From Octopus sinensis (Eukaryota), in NCBI RefSeq assembly GCF_006345805.1, contig NC_042997.1, positions 15,252,001-15,316,000 on the forward strand: 64,000 nucleotides of DNA. Direction: 5' to 3'. Within the stretch, counting starts at the first letter, position 1, and each line of letters opens with the position of its first letter. The translations under genes were made by a program, and so were the position numbers. Below are positions 1 through 13,951 of this stretch, piece after piece. The notes beneath the pieces were generated by a model. The model saw only the letters and a program-made list of their open reading frames with translations. It did not search any database and had not been told where the DNA came from.

Positions 1-3000
1 AGGTCTAAACAACAAAGCTCCTGTTAGACGAAGATATGATATAGATAAATACAATTTTCGTAATTACAACTCTTAGTTTTAGTACAGGAGTTTCAAAATA
101 TCGTAAACTCTCCAACTTAAGAAACGAAAGTAGAAGAAAATTATTCTATACAAAGGGATAACAACATTTGTTTACATTCCCTAAAACCCCTAGACTTCAT
201 CATTCCTGTATGTAAATCGATAAAGTAAGTAAAGAAATAAATCTGTTTCCGATAGGACAGTGACAGTGGTGGAGATGGCTCAGTACCAAACTAAATGCAA
301 AAAATTGTGAACAGAATCAACGGAGAAAGAATATTGGAAACCAGTTGCACTGTATTTAACTTCATTTTCCCACTAAAATCGACTGCGCTTTCTATTTGCA
401 CAGGCTCAATAAGATATGTACTGCTTAATATGTTGATGTCAATTCAATCGATTTTAATCAATAATAATAACAATTTCTTAATTAATTAGACTTCAGGCAA
501 ATATCAACAAATTTTAATTAAAAAGAACACACACACTCACACACATTGCAATAAATACATATAATTTTTTTTTCTATTTCAGTGCGCAAAAATTTATTGT
601 GCAAATAATTATTAACTTTGAAAACATTTTCCATTTGCAGCGTTTATTTTATTAGCAGTTACTGATAGTAATTGATCTTTTTTTCTTGTGAACAAAATAC
701 AACTAAAACCTAGAATGTGTAACAATCCCTAGGTGGCTACAAATGTTAGAGCCCTGCCATTACAGATAACAAACTAAGAACTGGAGATCCTTCGTCCCCA
801 CATTAACAAAGGTTGTATCACAAAGACTAGGCCTCTTTTCAAAGTCAAAAAATATTTCAGCTCTCAACAATGATTAATCTGATACAAATCTTTGCTACTC
901 CCCATAGACATACCAGACCTTGTCCAAACTAAGTATATCCAACTGACTGGAGTGATGTCACCAACACTTTATCTTCTGGCCACAGAACTGTCGTCTCCTC
1001 ATTGGTTTTTCTGTCCCTACTACAGTAAACTAGACTCTTCTGATCTGGCTTGTCCTGTGCTATCACCAATCTAGCTTACCTGTCTCATCTCCCATTTTGT
1101 GCACCCCACACCATCCACCATACTAACCACTTTTCCCAGTCCTTCCCACCTAGAATGGAATTCTTTCCAGATTCCGTCCTTGCCCATGTTAGTTGCCCCG
1201 CAGCTGTTCAAAGTAGAACATGAACAATGTCAGTCTTGCTGGTTTCAGAAAGCCTACAAAAACCAAGATACAGCCCTTGCACTAGTCCAAATAATAAAAT
1301 AACTAATTCTGAACGTTTGGCTTTGAATCGTCTTTTCTGAAGTGGGCTTTAGAGTCATGCCAACACCTTCATCCTTATTGACACTATGTATAAAATGTTC
1401 AGAAAAACAAGTTCAGCATCCATACCATAAAGTTTCATGGTATTTATACCAATCACATTACGTCCATGCTTGTATGGGTTAGGTGAGTCTAATTTTGAGG
1501 CACCATTTTATGGCTAGATGCATACGTTGGAATCTTCAGTTACTGGGCCTCACAGAGGGATGACAGGGAACCGTGACTCCTGGCAGTTTGCTGTGCTTGA
1601 GAAGACACATCAAATTAAGTAAAATTGTGGTTGTCCTTGCATACAGGCATTCCTTGGCATCTTTCTCCAGTTGAGTGTTCCTAATCTTGTGAGCTTGTGA
1701 GTGCTGGTGTCATGTGAAAAGCACCTGTACGGGTGTCACATAAATGCACCTATATCCTCATCATTATCGTTTAACGTCTGCTTTCCGTGCTAGCATGGGT
1801 TGGACAGTTTGACCAGGGTCTGGGAAGCCAGGAGGCTGCATCAGCTGGATGCTCTTCCTAATGCCAGCCACTCCGTGAGTGTAGTGGGTGCTTTTTACGT
1901 GCCACCGGCACAGGTGCCAGGGGAGGCTGGCAGTGGCCATGATCGGTTGGTGCTTTTTACGTGCCACCAGCACAGAAGCCAGTCAAGGCAGCACTTGCAT
2001 CTGCCACGTTCGGATGGTGTTTTTTACATGCCACTGGCACAGGTATCACAACTACAATTTCCATTTGATATTTATTTTGATGTTGATGTACTTGACTCAA
2101 TAGGTCTCCTCAAGCACAGCAGGTTACTCTATGATCCAAAGTAAGCACAGCAGGTCGTTCTGCAATCCAAGATACTTTGGATGGGCTAGGGCTATGCAAA
2201 ACTGGTGCAGTGCTGCATAAAAGCATCCAGTACACTCTGTAAAGTGGTTGACATTAAGAAGGGCATACAGCCATAGAAACCATGCATAAACAGACATGCA
2301 GCACATCAGCTGGCCAGCTGCTGTCAGACTGTCCAACCCATGCCAGCATAGAAAATGGACGTTAAATGATGATGAGGATAATGATGATGCACTTCCTGTC
2401 ACCAACCTTTTTAGTCATCTCTTACTATATGCATTCTAAAATCTGTTCTAAAACTGGGATAGACAATAATTCTAATCCTTCGAGGGAGACCCAGGAAGAC
2501 ATGGAATGAAGTACTGAAGGCTGATCTCAAAATCCTGAGCCTTATGGCAGAGGACTGAGATATGTGGCACATTGCTGGACTCAAGAGGATCCACCCACCA
2601 CAACAGAATTTATATCCTAAAAACAAGGTGCTATGTAAAATGCGTTAGTGTGAGTGCTGGTGCCATGTAAAAAGCCCTGGTGCTGGTTCCATATAAAAAG
2701 TACTGGTGATGGTGTCATGCAAAAAGTACCCAGTACACTGTGTAAAGTGGTTGGCATTAGGAAGGCATCCAGCTGTTGAAACCAAGCCAAAAAGAAACTA
2801 TGGAACCTGGTGCAGCCACTGGCCCTGCCAGTTCCTGTCAAGCTGTCCAACCCATGCCAGTATAGAAAACAGATGTTAAATATTGTTATTACTAACACAA
2901 GGTCACAAAATTTGGGTAATGAATGGAGTAGTTTGTTAAAATAATGCTAGTAGATGGCTGTTAGTTTTTTCTTAACCCTGGAAAGATGAAAGCAAAGTTG

Positions 3001-4488
3001 ACCTCAATGGGATTTTAACTCAGAGTGCAAAGGGCCATAACTAAATAGAGCCAGGCATTTTGACCAGCATGCTAAAAGATTTGCTACTGGTAGTGGGGAG
3101 GATTTCAACGTTTTTGTTTCAGGGACCAAAGACAGGGAGATCTCTTCTAACATTTTCAGAGTTTCAATTGTTGGTGCAGCTACTGTCTCTCTCTCTCTCT
3201 CTCTCTTTCTTCCTCCCTCTCTCCCTCTGTTTCTGTCTGCCTTTGTAGTTCCTCAGATTAAAAAAAAAATCAGGTGATTCTAACTTCCTTAAGTGTAACA
3301 GCTGAACTTTCTACCCTGCTCTATCGGTCTTAGGACATTTGTCTCTGTATTTATCATGGGGCACATTTTTGGAATGGTCATGTGGTTTTGGGAGCATCAT
3401 TAGACATGTACGTTCATACTGGTTCCTCCCAACCAACCAACCAACCAACCATCATTTTTATCCCCCTCTGCATTTATCACCTGCCCGTATTGTAGTACAA
3501 AAGTGACAAACCAGGAGTCACTGTTGCTGTCAATGTCCTGAGTATGGCCCTTATCTTGTGCTGGCATATGTATTGTGCTATGAGTCTATGTGCTGGTGTA
3601 TGTCATGTTATCTTTACTTGTCTTCTCATCCCTGGTTTCGAAAAACAGACAAATACTGCTTTGTGTCCATCTGTAGTTGATAACAATCACATTGCCCCAC
3701 TTATTGGTCAGTTTCCTTTAGTATCTCTTTGAGGGCATACTGTATGCCACTCTACTTTTCACAAGCCAATAGTATGTTACTTTCCTCCTTGCTTGTTCTT
3801 GCACAAATTCCTCAGGTAAAAAGACATCCCTTTGTGACACACATCTACCAAACTTCTTTCTCAAATTGGATCTGTCCTTCATCATCATGATCTTTTAATA
3901 TCCATTTTTCATCCTGGTATGGAAAATAGCTCTGTAATTGGAGACAAGAGGTTAAAATATGAAAGAGAAGATCAGAACTGAACAGGTTTTTTTGCTATAG
4001 AGGAGTTACTCACGTTATAGAAGAATGCTTTGGGTAGAATTGGAAAGAGACATAAAACAATAGTGATGAAGTGTTGGGGGTAGACCCAAAAGATACAAGA
4101 AAGTGAATTGAGGCAAGTTGTGACAGAAGAATGCAATGACGGGGTAGAAGTTGCAAGACTATGAGGAGAGTGAGGGATGGTTAGAGATCGAGTTGGGGGA
4201 GGGGGGGATATAATGCAGAACAAAGATTGATGGTTAATAGATGGAGGGAAGAGTAGGTGATGACTGATAGTACAGAAGAGGTAAAGAATAACAGATTAGT
4301 AAAGTACAGTAGATGGGATGGATGAGGGAGAGGAAGCTGACATGTAGGTAGGTAGGTTGCATGCAAGTGAGGGAAGAGTCAGACATAGTACTGGAGGAAA
4401 GTGAAAGATGTATAGTGGTTGAGAAGGAGAGATAATTTAGGAGCAAAGAAGGATGATCAGGATAAAACAAGAATGGAGAAGGATAATA

Positions 4489-5002
4489 TCTATATATATA
4501 AAACTGTAGTTGTGTGAGTGTCTGTCCCCTTCGATTTAGATTCCTAACTACTCCCACATTTTGCGGTGCAGTTTAACCAAAACCAGGTATCTTATAGTCG
4601 TGATTCATATCGAGCCCGTCTGGGTATTAGTGCACGTCTACGATGAGTCTACGATTTTAAAAATAATTTAACATAATTTTTTATTCCATTTTAATGCATA
4701 ATTTTTCGTGTGTCGATGGCGGCAGAGTTGGCGTCCATGGTCACACCTGCACCTGTGTTGCTTTTCCCCCTTCTTCCCTCCCTCGTGAAGCTGTGGGGAA
4801 GGGAGTGTAAGGAAATCAACGTTGTAAAGCGTTGTCAAGGAGACCAGCGTTCTTTTAGAACAATGACTTCATTGCTTGAAGACACCAAAACAGAAATGGC
4901 TAAGAAAGCCCGAATTGGCATCTATAAGGGAAGTAACTCTCTAAAAATGCTTATATAGTTATTTCCCTTACAAACCCGAGCAACGCCGGGCGATACTGCT
5001 AG
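4489..5002 (+). mobile_element. Non-autonomous Helitron
   Basis: A|TCTATATATATAAA 5' end; 3' hairpin CCCGAGCAACGCCGGG then CTAG|T; inserted in an AT dinucleotide, no TSD. Confidence 0.85.
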
Positions 5003-5756
5003 TTAAGAATAAAGAATGGATGATGTTCAAAAATGTAAGGACACAGATCGTGTCGTAAAGCCGGCTGGAGACGATGTCTCCTGGGGCTAAACTACCGCAA
5101 CATTAGTCCTAAACCAGGACTGCCATGTTATGTTGGCAAACAGTCTTTACTACATGAGTGAAGTAGTTCTGGAAAGGGGAATAGAAAACTGGTGTCCCAG
5201 AACAGATGATGAAGTATGCAGTCCTGCTACTAATTTAACTACAACAGCAAAATACTGTAGTTATAAAGGTAATGAAGAGCTCAGTGATAAAGGGACAATG
5301 GATGGTAGGGAAGGCTCACAGAGGAAATAGGGCTAGGGTACAGTTATGTCTACATATGTACACACACACATACCCATTGCATTTCCAGATTGTGAGCATT
5401 GTTGTGATGAACTGATCTTAAGCAGTGCCCCTTTCCAATCATACCAGTTTTTTGTCATCTCTTTGAGGTTCAAAATCCTGAGATTGGCCTTCAGTACTTT
5501 GCCCCATATCTTCCTGGGTCTCCCTCTTCCACAAGCGCTATCCATGACTGGCACTTCCTTATATGACAATTCTCATTCATACATATTCATACTAGTGCAA
5601 TTTTCTTTCTTGTACACTACATCTGATAACTCTTATGCCCAAATTTTTTCTCTGCACATTCGCCACATCTAAAAACTTCCTTTAACAAACAATGTTTACA
5701 AAACTACTACTGATGCTACTAACATTGTTATTTGAAAAAATGTGTGTATATATATA

Positions 5757-6052
5757 TCACGTGACCGACCAGACCATCAGATGTTGCTACACATCGCTGG
5801 TCACAATGCGTTCGCATTGTTTTAGCCTTCAAATGACGCCACTCCGCTGGCTAAGCGAGCAGGCCAACAGAAGAAAAAGTGAGAGAAAGAGTGGTGAAGA
5901 AGTACAACAGGGATCATCACCCCCTGCCGGAGCCTTGTGGAGCTTTTAGGTGTTTTTGCTCAATAAACACACACAACGCCCGGTCTGGGAATCGAAACCG
6001 CGATCCTACGACTGCGAGTCCGCTGCCCTAACCACTGGGTCATTGCGCCTCC
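5757..6052 (-). mobile_element. tRNA(Arg)-like SINE
   Basis: Head GGAGGCGCAATGACCCAGTGGTTAGGGCAGCGGACTCGC...GGTTTCGATTCCC with A and B boxes; related copies at 24355-24663, 42862-43160, 43872-44256, 46848-47138. Confidence 0.8.
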
Positions 6053-6055
6053 GTA

Positions 6056-6121
<66 letters not shown>

Positions 6122-7090
6122 AGAATTGTTGTTATTTTCATTCAGTATAAATCAATAGAAATCCCACATTCTGTTACAAAATCATTTACTTCACTGTGTG
6201 TGACTTTGCTTATTTGTTATGTATTTTATTTTTTACCTGGAGGCATATTTGTGTATGTTAGAGCTACTCCCACTGTGGCAAGCATCTCTTCCTGCTACCC
6301 TAAAGGCAAACCTTATTTTCTCCTCTCCAAAATTTGTAAATAATCTCAAAAAACTTTCTTGAATTAAATCCATGCATAATAAATCTAGTTCTTCTATGGA
6401 GCTAATTTGAGCATATCCGTCTATTTAACACAATGCATATAGTATTAAATACAATTGTTTTTAACATAGGCACAAGGATAGAAATTTTAGGAATTTGTCA
6501 ATCAACCCCCTGTGAGTTTTGTACTTTATTTCATTGACCCTGGAGGACTGAAAGGTGAAGTTAACCACAGCAGGATTTGAACTCAGAACTTAAAGCGCCA
6601 TGACTAAAAACTGTAAAGCATTTTGTACTATGTTCCAAAAAGTTTGCCAATCTATTGCTCTTAATAATTATAATAATGATCGTTTCAAATTTTGGCACAG
6701 CGCCAGCAGTTCTCGTGGGGAGGGGCTAGTCAATTACATTGATCTCCAGTGCTGAACTAGTATGTATTTTATTGATCCCGAAAAGATCAAAAACACAGTC
6801 AACCTTGGTGGAATTTGAACTCGGAATGTGTAGCCAAAAGATATGCTAACGATTCTGCCAGGTTGCTACCTTCTTATTAACAAAAATAATAATCCTTTCT
6901 GTTATAGGCACAAGGCCTGAAATTTTGAGGGAGGGGACTGGTCGATCACATCGACCCCAGTGTTTCACTGGTACTTCATTTATCAACCCTGAAAGGATGA
7001 AAGGCAAAGTTGACCTCGGTGGAATTTGAACTCAGAACGTAGCAATAGGTGAAATACTGCTAAGCATTTCGTCCAGCATGCTAACGCTTC

Positions 7091-7937
7091 TTATTTCTTT
7101 ATTACCCACAAGGGGCTAAACATAGAGGGAACAAACAAGGACAGACAAAGGGATTAAGTCGATTATATCGACCCCAGTGCATAACTGGTACTTAATTTAT
7201 CAACCCCGAAAGGATGAAAGGCAAAGTCGAATTTGAAATCAGAACGTAGCGATGGGTGAAATACTGCTAAGCATTTCGTCCAGCATGCTAACGCTTCTTA
7301 TTTCTTTATTACCCACAAGGGGCTAAACATAGAGGGAACAAACAAGGACAGACAAAGGGATTAAGTCGATTATATCGACCCCAGTGCATAACTGGTACTT
7401 AATTTATCAACCCCGAAAGGATGAAGGCAAAGTCGAATTTGAAATCAGAACGTAGCGATGGGTGAAATACTGCTAAGCATTTCGTCCAGCATGCTAACGC
7501 TTCTTATTTCTTTATTACCCACAAGGGGCTAAACATAGAGGGAACAAACAAGGACAGACAAAGGGATTAAGTCGATTATATCGACCCCAGTGCATAACTG
7601 GTACTTAATTTATCAACCCCGAAAGGATGAAAGGCAAAGTCGAATTTGAACTCAGAACGTAGCGATGGGTGAAATACTGCTAAGCATTTCGTCCAGCGTG
7701 CTAACGCTTCTTATTTCTTTATTACCCACAAGGGGCTAAACATAGAGGGAACAAACAAGGACAGACAAAGGGATTAAGTCGATTATATCGACCCCAGTGC
7801 ATAACTGGTACTTAATTTATCAACCCCCGAAAGGATGAAAGGCAAAGTCGAATTTGAACTCAGAACGTAGCGATGGGTGAAATACTGCTAAGCATTTCGC
7901 CCAGCGTGCTAACGCTTCTGCCAGCTCACTGCCTTAG
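7091..7937 (-). repeat. Head-to-tail array of four ~207-bp SINE copies
   Basis: Units start at 7091, 7298, 7504 and 7711; near-identical; preceded by a related SINE at ~6890-7090. Confidence 0.92.
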
Positions 7938-7975
<38 letters not shown>

Positions 7976-8494
7976 TAAGACTGTGCCCTTTTTTAAAAGC
8001 GGTAGGAGTGTAACCTTAGATAATTTTGGCTACTATTTGTAGCAGATCAGTGTTTTCTTGTTGAGGATATCCAGTATTTATGGATATAGCACAAACATAG
8101 CCATGTGGTTAAGGTGTTTGCTTCATAACCATGTGGTTTTGGGTTTTCTGCTGTGTAACACTATGAGTAGATGTCTTCCCCTATAACCTCAAGCTGACCA
8201 ATGTGCTGTAAAGAATTGACTGACAGAAACTATACAAAAGCCTGTTGTACATTTGTGTGTGTGTGTATGCATGAGTGTGTTTGAGTCATCTTAGTGTGTT
8301 GTGTGCTGCATACAATGTAGCTATATAGACTGTGTTGTTGTTTACATGTTATAAAACCATATACAGCCACTGAATAGTTTATCATTCAAAATAGCAGGAG
8401 AAGTGGCCCCGTATGTGGTAACAAGTGAAAGTTGGAACCAGCAGGACATAGAAAAAAAAAATCAACCTTCAAAAACAATGATGTTGAATATATA

Positions 8495-8886
8495 GGCATA
8501 GGAGTGGCTGTGTGGTAAGTAGCTTGCTTACCAACCACATGGTTCCGGGTTCAGTCCCGCTGCGTGGCACCTTGGGCAAGTGTCTTCTACTATAGTCTCA
8601 GGCCAACCAGAGCCTTGTGAGTGGATTTGGTAGACGGAAACTGAAAGAAGCCCGTCGTATATATGTATATATATTTATGTGTATGTGTGTGTATATGTTT
8701 GTGTGTCTGTATTTATCCCCTCACCATTGCTTGACAAGTGATGGTGGTGTGTTTACGTCTCCGTAACTTAGTTGTTCTGCAAAAAAGACCGAAGCATAAG
8801 TCCTGGGGTCGATTTGCTCAACTAAAAGCAGTGCTCCAGCATGGCCACAGTCAAATGACTGAAACAAGTAAAAGGGTAGAAAGAGT
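8495..8886 (+). mobile_element. tRNA-derived SINE family A
   Basis: GGCATAGGAGTGGCTGTGTGGTAAG...GGTTCAGTCCC head, internal (TA/TG)n and GAAACAAGTAAAAG tail. Confidence 0.85.
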
Positions 8887-9777
8887 ATATAATTTCTGAT
8901 TAAAGATTGTTTGCCAACATAACATGGCAGTCCTGGTTTAGGATGAATATTGCTGTAATTTAGCCCCAGGATCTTTACTCCAAAGTACTCTTGCTGAATA
9001 TCTTTCATTGTGAGATTTACAAATTGTAATTTTCTAATAAATTCAAATGTTTAAGCCTTTTTCCAGCCTTGGTTTCGGTTGCTACCTTGCTTCAGCATGT
9101 GTGTATATTTATGGCAAGCAAGATGTAGTTCTTGGTTGGTTTTTCACATAATTGTTATGGCAGTTGTCGTCACAATCAAACATGATACCCATCATCACAC
9201 ATTAATAAACCTACTCTTGTTGTTTATATAATGACTAGGAATCCTGAACTTCTATAAGCATTTTTTTTATTGCTCCATCCTGTTTACCTTCAGAGAATCT
9301 AGTTCATATTTACTTATTTTGTATCATAGATGATGTATAGTGATGATGGTAATTTCTAACATAGGCACAAGACTAGAAATTTGAGTGAGAAGGCAGTCAG
9401 TTAAAACAATACCTGAAGGATGAAAGACAGCATTGATCTTAGTGCAATGTGAGCTCAGAATGTAAAAAGCTAGCAGAGAAAATACTACAAGGCATTTTGT
9501 ATAACAATTGAAATTCAACTGTAGAATCATGTTTAATTTATTTCTTAGTAATGGGGTAATAAAAATAATAAAATTGCAATTGCATACATTTATTTCAATC
9601 TAGACTTGATCGCTTCAGTATGATATCAAACTCAAGAATATTTATGAAACTCAATTAAGTCATAAAGTCATCGGTTTTTGTTTTTTTTTTGTCTTTTAAA
9701 TCTGTTGAGATGGATTTAGTTTTACAAATCAAAAAGGTAGCAAGGAACTGTGTGATAGATACATATATATATATATA

Positions 9778-10323
9778 TCATATAAAATTGTTCTGTCTGT
9801 GTGTGTGGCTTCTAGGATCTCGAGCATCCTCCATCCGATTGCACTCAAATTTGATATGTAGATACCGACGGTATCATGGCATGTATAAGTCTTGAAAATA
9901 TTACAAAACTCGATTCCAGGTGAGAATGTGATCGATAAAGCCGTTTTTGTCTTGCTTTTCTTCCGTCAACCTGTACATAACTGCACCTTCCATTTTTTGT
10001 TGTTTTTGTACTACTTAAAGGCACGTTTCTTTCCTGCCAAGCTTACTGTTTAAACCATGTTTGTGTTCTCTCAGTCAACAGCTTTATCATTACTGGTACT
10101 TTAAACTCTTCGGTTGCATATTTGTGTGAATAAAATCGTTTTTCTTTGGAATAGAAAAAAAGTCTATCTTTACTTCTTCTTTTGCTGGTGTCTCAAATTT
10201 AGGTTAAATCAGTGTTTCTCAAGAGGGAGGCCTATGGGACAGTCGGACAAGTTGTTTTGAGAAAATTTGGTTTAAATGTTTGACAACTCAGCACTGTCCA
10301 TTGGACAGGGGACGTTTTGCTCG
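9778..10323 (+). mobile_element. Non-autonomous Helitron-like element
   Basis: A|TC...ATAAAATTG...CTGTCTGTGTGTG start; 3' hairpin CTGTCC-ATT-GGACAG then CTCG|T (CTAG variant). Confidence 0.6.
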
Positions 10324-10740
<417 letters not shown>

Positions 10741-12741
10741 ATACATTGAAATACTGTTCACATGTGTGGTACAGTGATGCAGTTGCACACATGGATATCT
10801 TAGGTTGCATCTTAACAAAATGTCATTCAATTGATCAGCACTGATCTACTCACTAATATGTTGCTTTCAATAACTTACAGATGCATGGTTTCCCCTCTTT
10901 TGGCTCTTCTGGTGCATCTCCTTCCCCGAACTAGCTGGCTGTACACCCTCTTCACTATCTCTTCAATCTCAATATGTTTCATTTCCTCAACACCACACAC
11001 AAAGATTTTAGTCTTTTCCTTCCTTTCCAGAACCATAATCTATTTGGAATTTCATCACTATTTGTGCTTTTCCTGCACATATTGATGTCACTGATGTACA
11101 AATGTTCAAGCCGAACCTCAACTGTATAATTTTAATCTGTCTGGGAAGACACGTGTAAAAGTTTAACTTACTTTCTAAGAAAAACATTTATTTTGATGTG
11201 TGGCTGTTGATTGTTTGGTCAATAATTCTAATACATTTTATCAAAACAGGAAGAAAACAAATATTGCTCATGAAAACAGAAAATGTTTGGGTAATTACAG
11301 TTGCCCTTCAGCTATAGCAATTAATGTTGTTTTGTAGAATTTTTCCCATGCTTGAATGAATTGGATGGGTCAGCATTATAGAATTCCTTTTACTTTATTC
11401 TGTCCTTATTGATTTCTGTAAATTCCTGATCTATAAAGGTCACTTCTTATAACCTCATTCTATGTCTTCCCTAGCTTACCTTTGCTCTGGTTAACATTAA
11501 TTGTCAATCTGACATTTGCTCCAGTTATTGAATTCCCACGACTACATTTCTTTTAGTACACAACATGGCTAGCTTATTGTTTGCATTTCTTTCCAGCTGT
11601 TACAAGTTTCTTTGCTTTATTGTGCAACTCTTAGTGCCAGTTAAGTTTTTAATAGAATCTACTAAGCTTGTCTCTTGCTAACATAGTTTAATCTTTTGAT
11701 ACCAGCCTGTCTAAGATCACCTCTCATTCTTTGATAGAAAAGAATATTTTGAAGTTAGGAAGGGCATCCAGCTGTAGAAACATTGCCAGATTAGACTGGA
11801 GCCTGGTGCAGCCTTCTGGCTTCCCAGATCCCCGGTCGAACCGTCCAACCCATGCTAGCATGGAGAACGGACGTTAAACGATGATGATGATGATGATGAT
11901 GATGATTCATGTTTAAATAAAAACATTCTGTCATAATTTAGTGTAAAGATCTTTTGGAGAGTGTTATTTTTAATACTTGCTTTAATATACCTGTTAGTGA
12001 AAAAGTAGTCAAACAAATCAACCCCTGTACTTATTTTATTTCTTTGTTGCAAGGTCATTGCCAGCACCACCTGACTGGCCCTTGTGCTGGTGGCACGTAA
12101 AAAGCACCCACTACACTCTCGGAGTGGTTGGCGTTAGGAAAGGCATCCAGCTGTAGAAACTCTGCCAGATCAACATTGGAGCCTGGTGCAGCCATCTGGC
12201 TCGCCAGCCCTCAGTCAAAATCGTCCAACCCATGCTAGCATGGAAAGCGGACGTTAAACGATGATGATGTGGTCTTGTTCTTACTCTATCAGCTTCTTTT
12301 GCCAAACTGCTAAGTTACAGGGACTTAAACAAATCCACACCAGTTGTCAAGTGGTGGTGGGACACATACACACACGCATACATGCATACACACACACACA
12401 CACACACACATATGACAGGCTTCTTTCAGTTTCCATCAACCAGGTCCACTCACATCTTTGGTCAACCTGGAGCTCTTGTGGAAGACACTTACCCAAAGTG
12501 CCATACAGTAGGACTGAACCTGAAACTATGTGGTTGGGAAGCAAACTCCTTACCACACAGCTACACCTGCTCCTCCTATCTAGAGATAACTAAAAGTACT
12601 TATTGGAGAAAAATGAGTTGAGATGATTTATTAAAAGAGTAGAGTATTACTCATCATATAACAGGTAATAATAGGGATTATACTTTTGCTGTAGTTGTTA
12701 ATATCAGGGAATGCTACATAGATACAATTATAATAATTTTT

Positions 12742-12952
12742 AGGTGGCAAGCTGGCAGAAACGTTAGCAAGCTGGGCAAAATGCTTAGCAGTATATCGTC
12801 TGTCTTTACATTCTGAGTTTAAATTCTGCCGAGGTCAACTTTGCCTTTCATCTTTTCGGGGTCGATAAATTAAGTACCAGCTGCATACTGGGGTCGATCT
12901 AATCGACTGGCCCCCTCCCCAACAATTTCAGGCCTTGTGCCTAGAGTAGAAA
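12742..12952 (+). mobile_element. tRNA-derived SINE family B (Nin/Deu-like central domain)
   Basis: GGTGGCAAGCTGGCAGAAACGTTAGC head and GCCTTTCATCTTTTCGGGGTCGATAAATTAAGTACCAG core; other copies at 15874-16088, 32975-33207, 40231-40464 (-), 51126-51350. Confidence 0.75.
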
Positions 12953-13565
12953 ACAATTATAATAATTTTACATTTTTCTAATTTCATGGTTGCTGGATAC
13001 TTATTTTCAAAATAAATATATTTGTTTATTTATTGAAATGAAATTAAAACTAATTCCTCATTTCTATATTTGCAAGAAGTATATGTTATTATTAATAACA
13101 ATAATCTGTTTACAGTTTGCCATTCTAAGGGAAGTAACTCAAATGGTTATAAAGAAACAGATGGTAGTTATGGTGGCGATAAAGGCACGTGGCTTAATGT
13201 TTTGGGTATTCGGCTCATAATCTTAAGATCATAAGTTCAATTCCTGGCGACGCTTTGTGTCCTTCAACAAGATACTTTATTTCACGTTGTTCTAGTCTAC
13301 TCAGCTGGTGAAAATGAGTTGTACCTGAAATTCAAAAGGACCAGCCTTTTCATTACGTTAAGGGTACACATGACTGTGGTGTGCTCAGCCACTTGCATGT
13401 TAATTTCACAAGCAGGCTGTTCCTTTCATTGGATCAACTGCAATCCTCGTTGTCATAACCAATGGAGTTATGGTGGTGAAAGTATTAATAATGATGAATG
13501 GGAAAAGAGGGAGTGCAAGAGAGAGATGTAGTGAAATATACAAATAGGGAAATTGACTAACGTTA

Positions 13566-13951
13566 TCTCTCTATATGTATAAAGCTGAAGTTGTCTGTGT
13601 ATGGCAGGTTTGGTAGCCTTCAACTAACACTCTCTCCTCCGAGACCCTGCGGTGCAAGTTGACCAAAATTGAGAGTATGATAGAAGAAGGCTTGCTCTTC
13701 CTTCCGTAGAAGAAAAAAAATTCAAATCGGGCCATGTTAAAACCAAAAATTATTTACATCAAAAAGGTGCTTTTTTTCTATGAAAATCCCTATTTTTTTA
13801 CTGTTGTGTTGCCATTTTTTGGTGTATTTCAACCAGAAAAATGTTCACTTAAAGAGAATAACAAGCTACATAATGCAAAATTTTTACATTTCAAAAATTC
13901 CAATTCTAAAGGGTTGAAACAAACCCGAGCAATGCCGGGCGATACTGCTAG
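13566..13951 (+). mobile_element. Non-autonomous Helitron (same 3' end as 4489-5002, different body)
   Basis: A|TC start; AAACCCGAGCAATGCCGGGCGATACTGCTAG|T end. Confidence 0.85.

Noticed and set aside
200-230. GTAAGT donor at 225 as the end of QTRT1 exon 1
   Set aside because: The upstream frames contain stops and no TGT N-terminal motif.
1800-2144. Recurrent short ORFs containing [12 protein letters not shown] / [10 protein letters not shown] (many loci)
   Set aside because: Antisense translations of the non-coding RTE 3' repeat; frames break differently in each copy.
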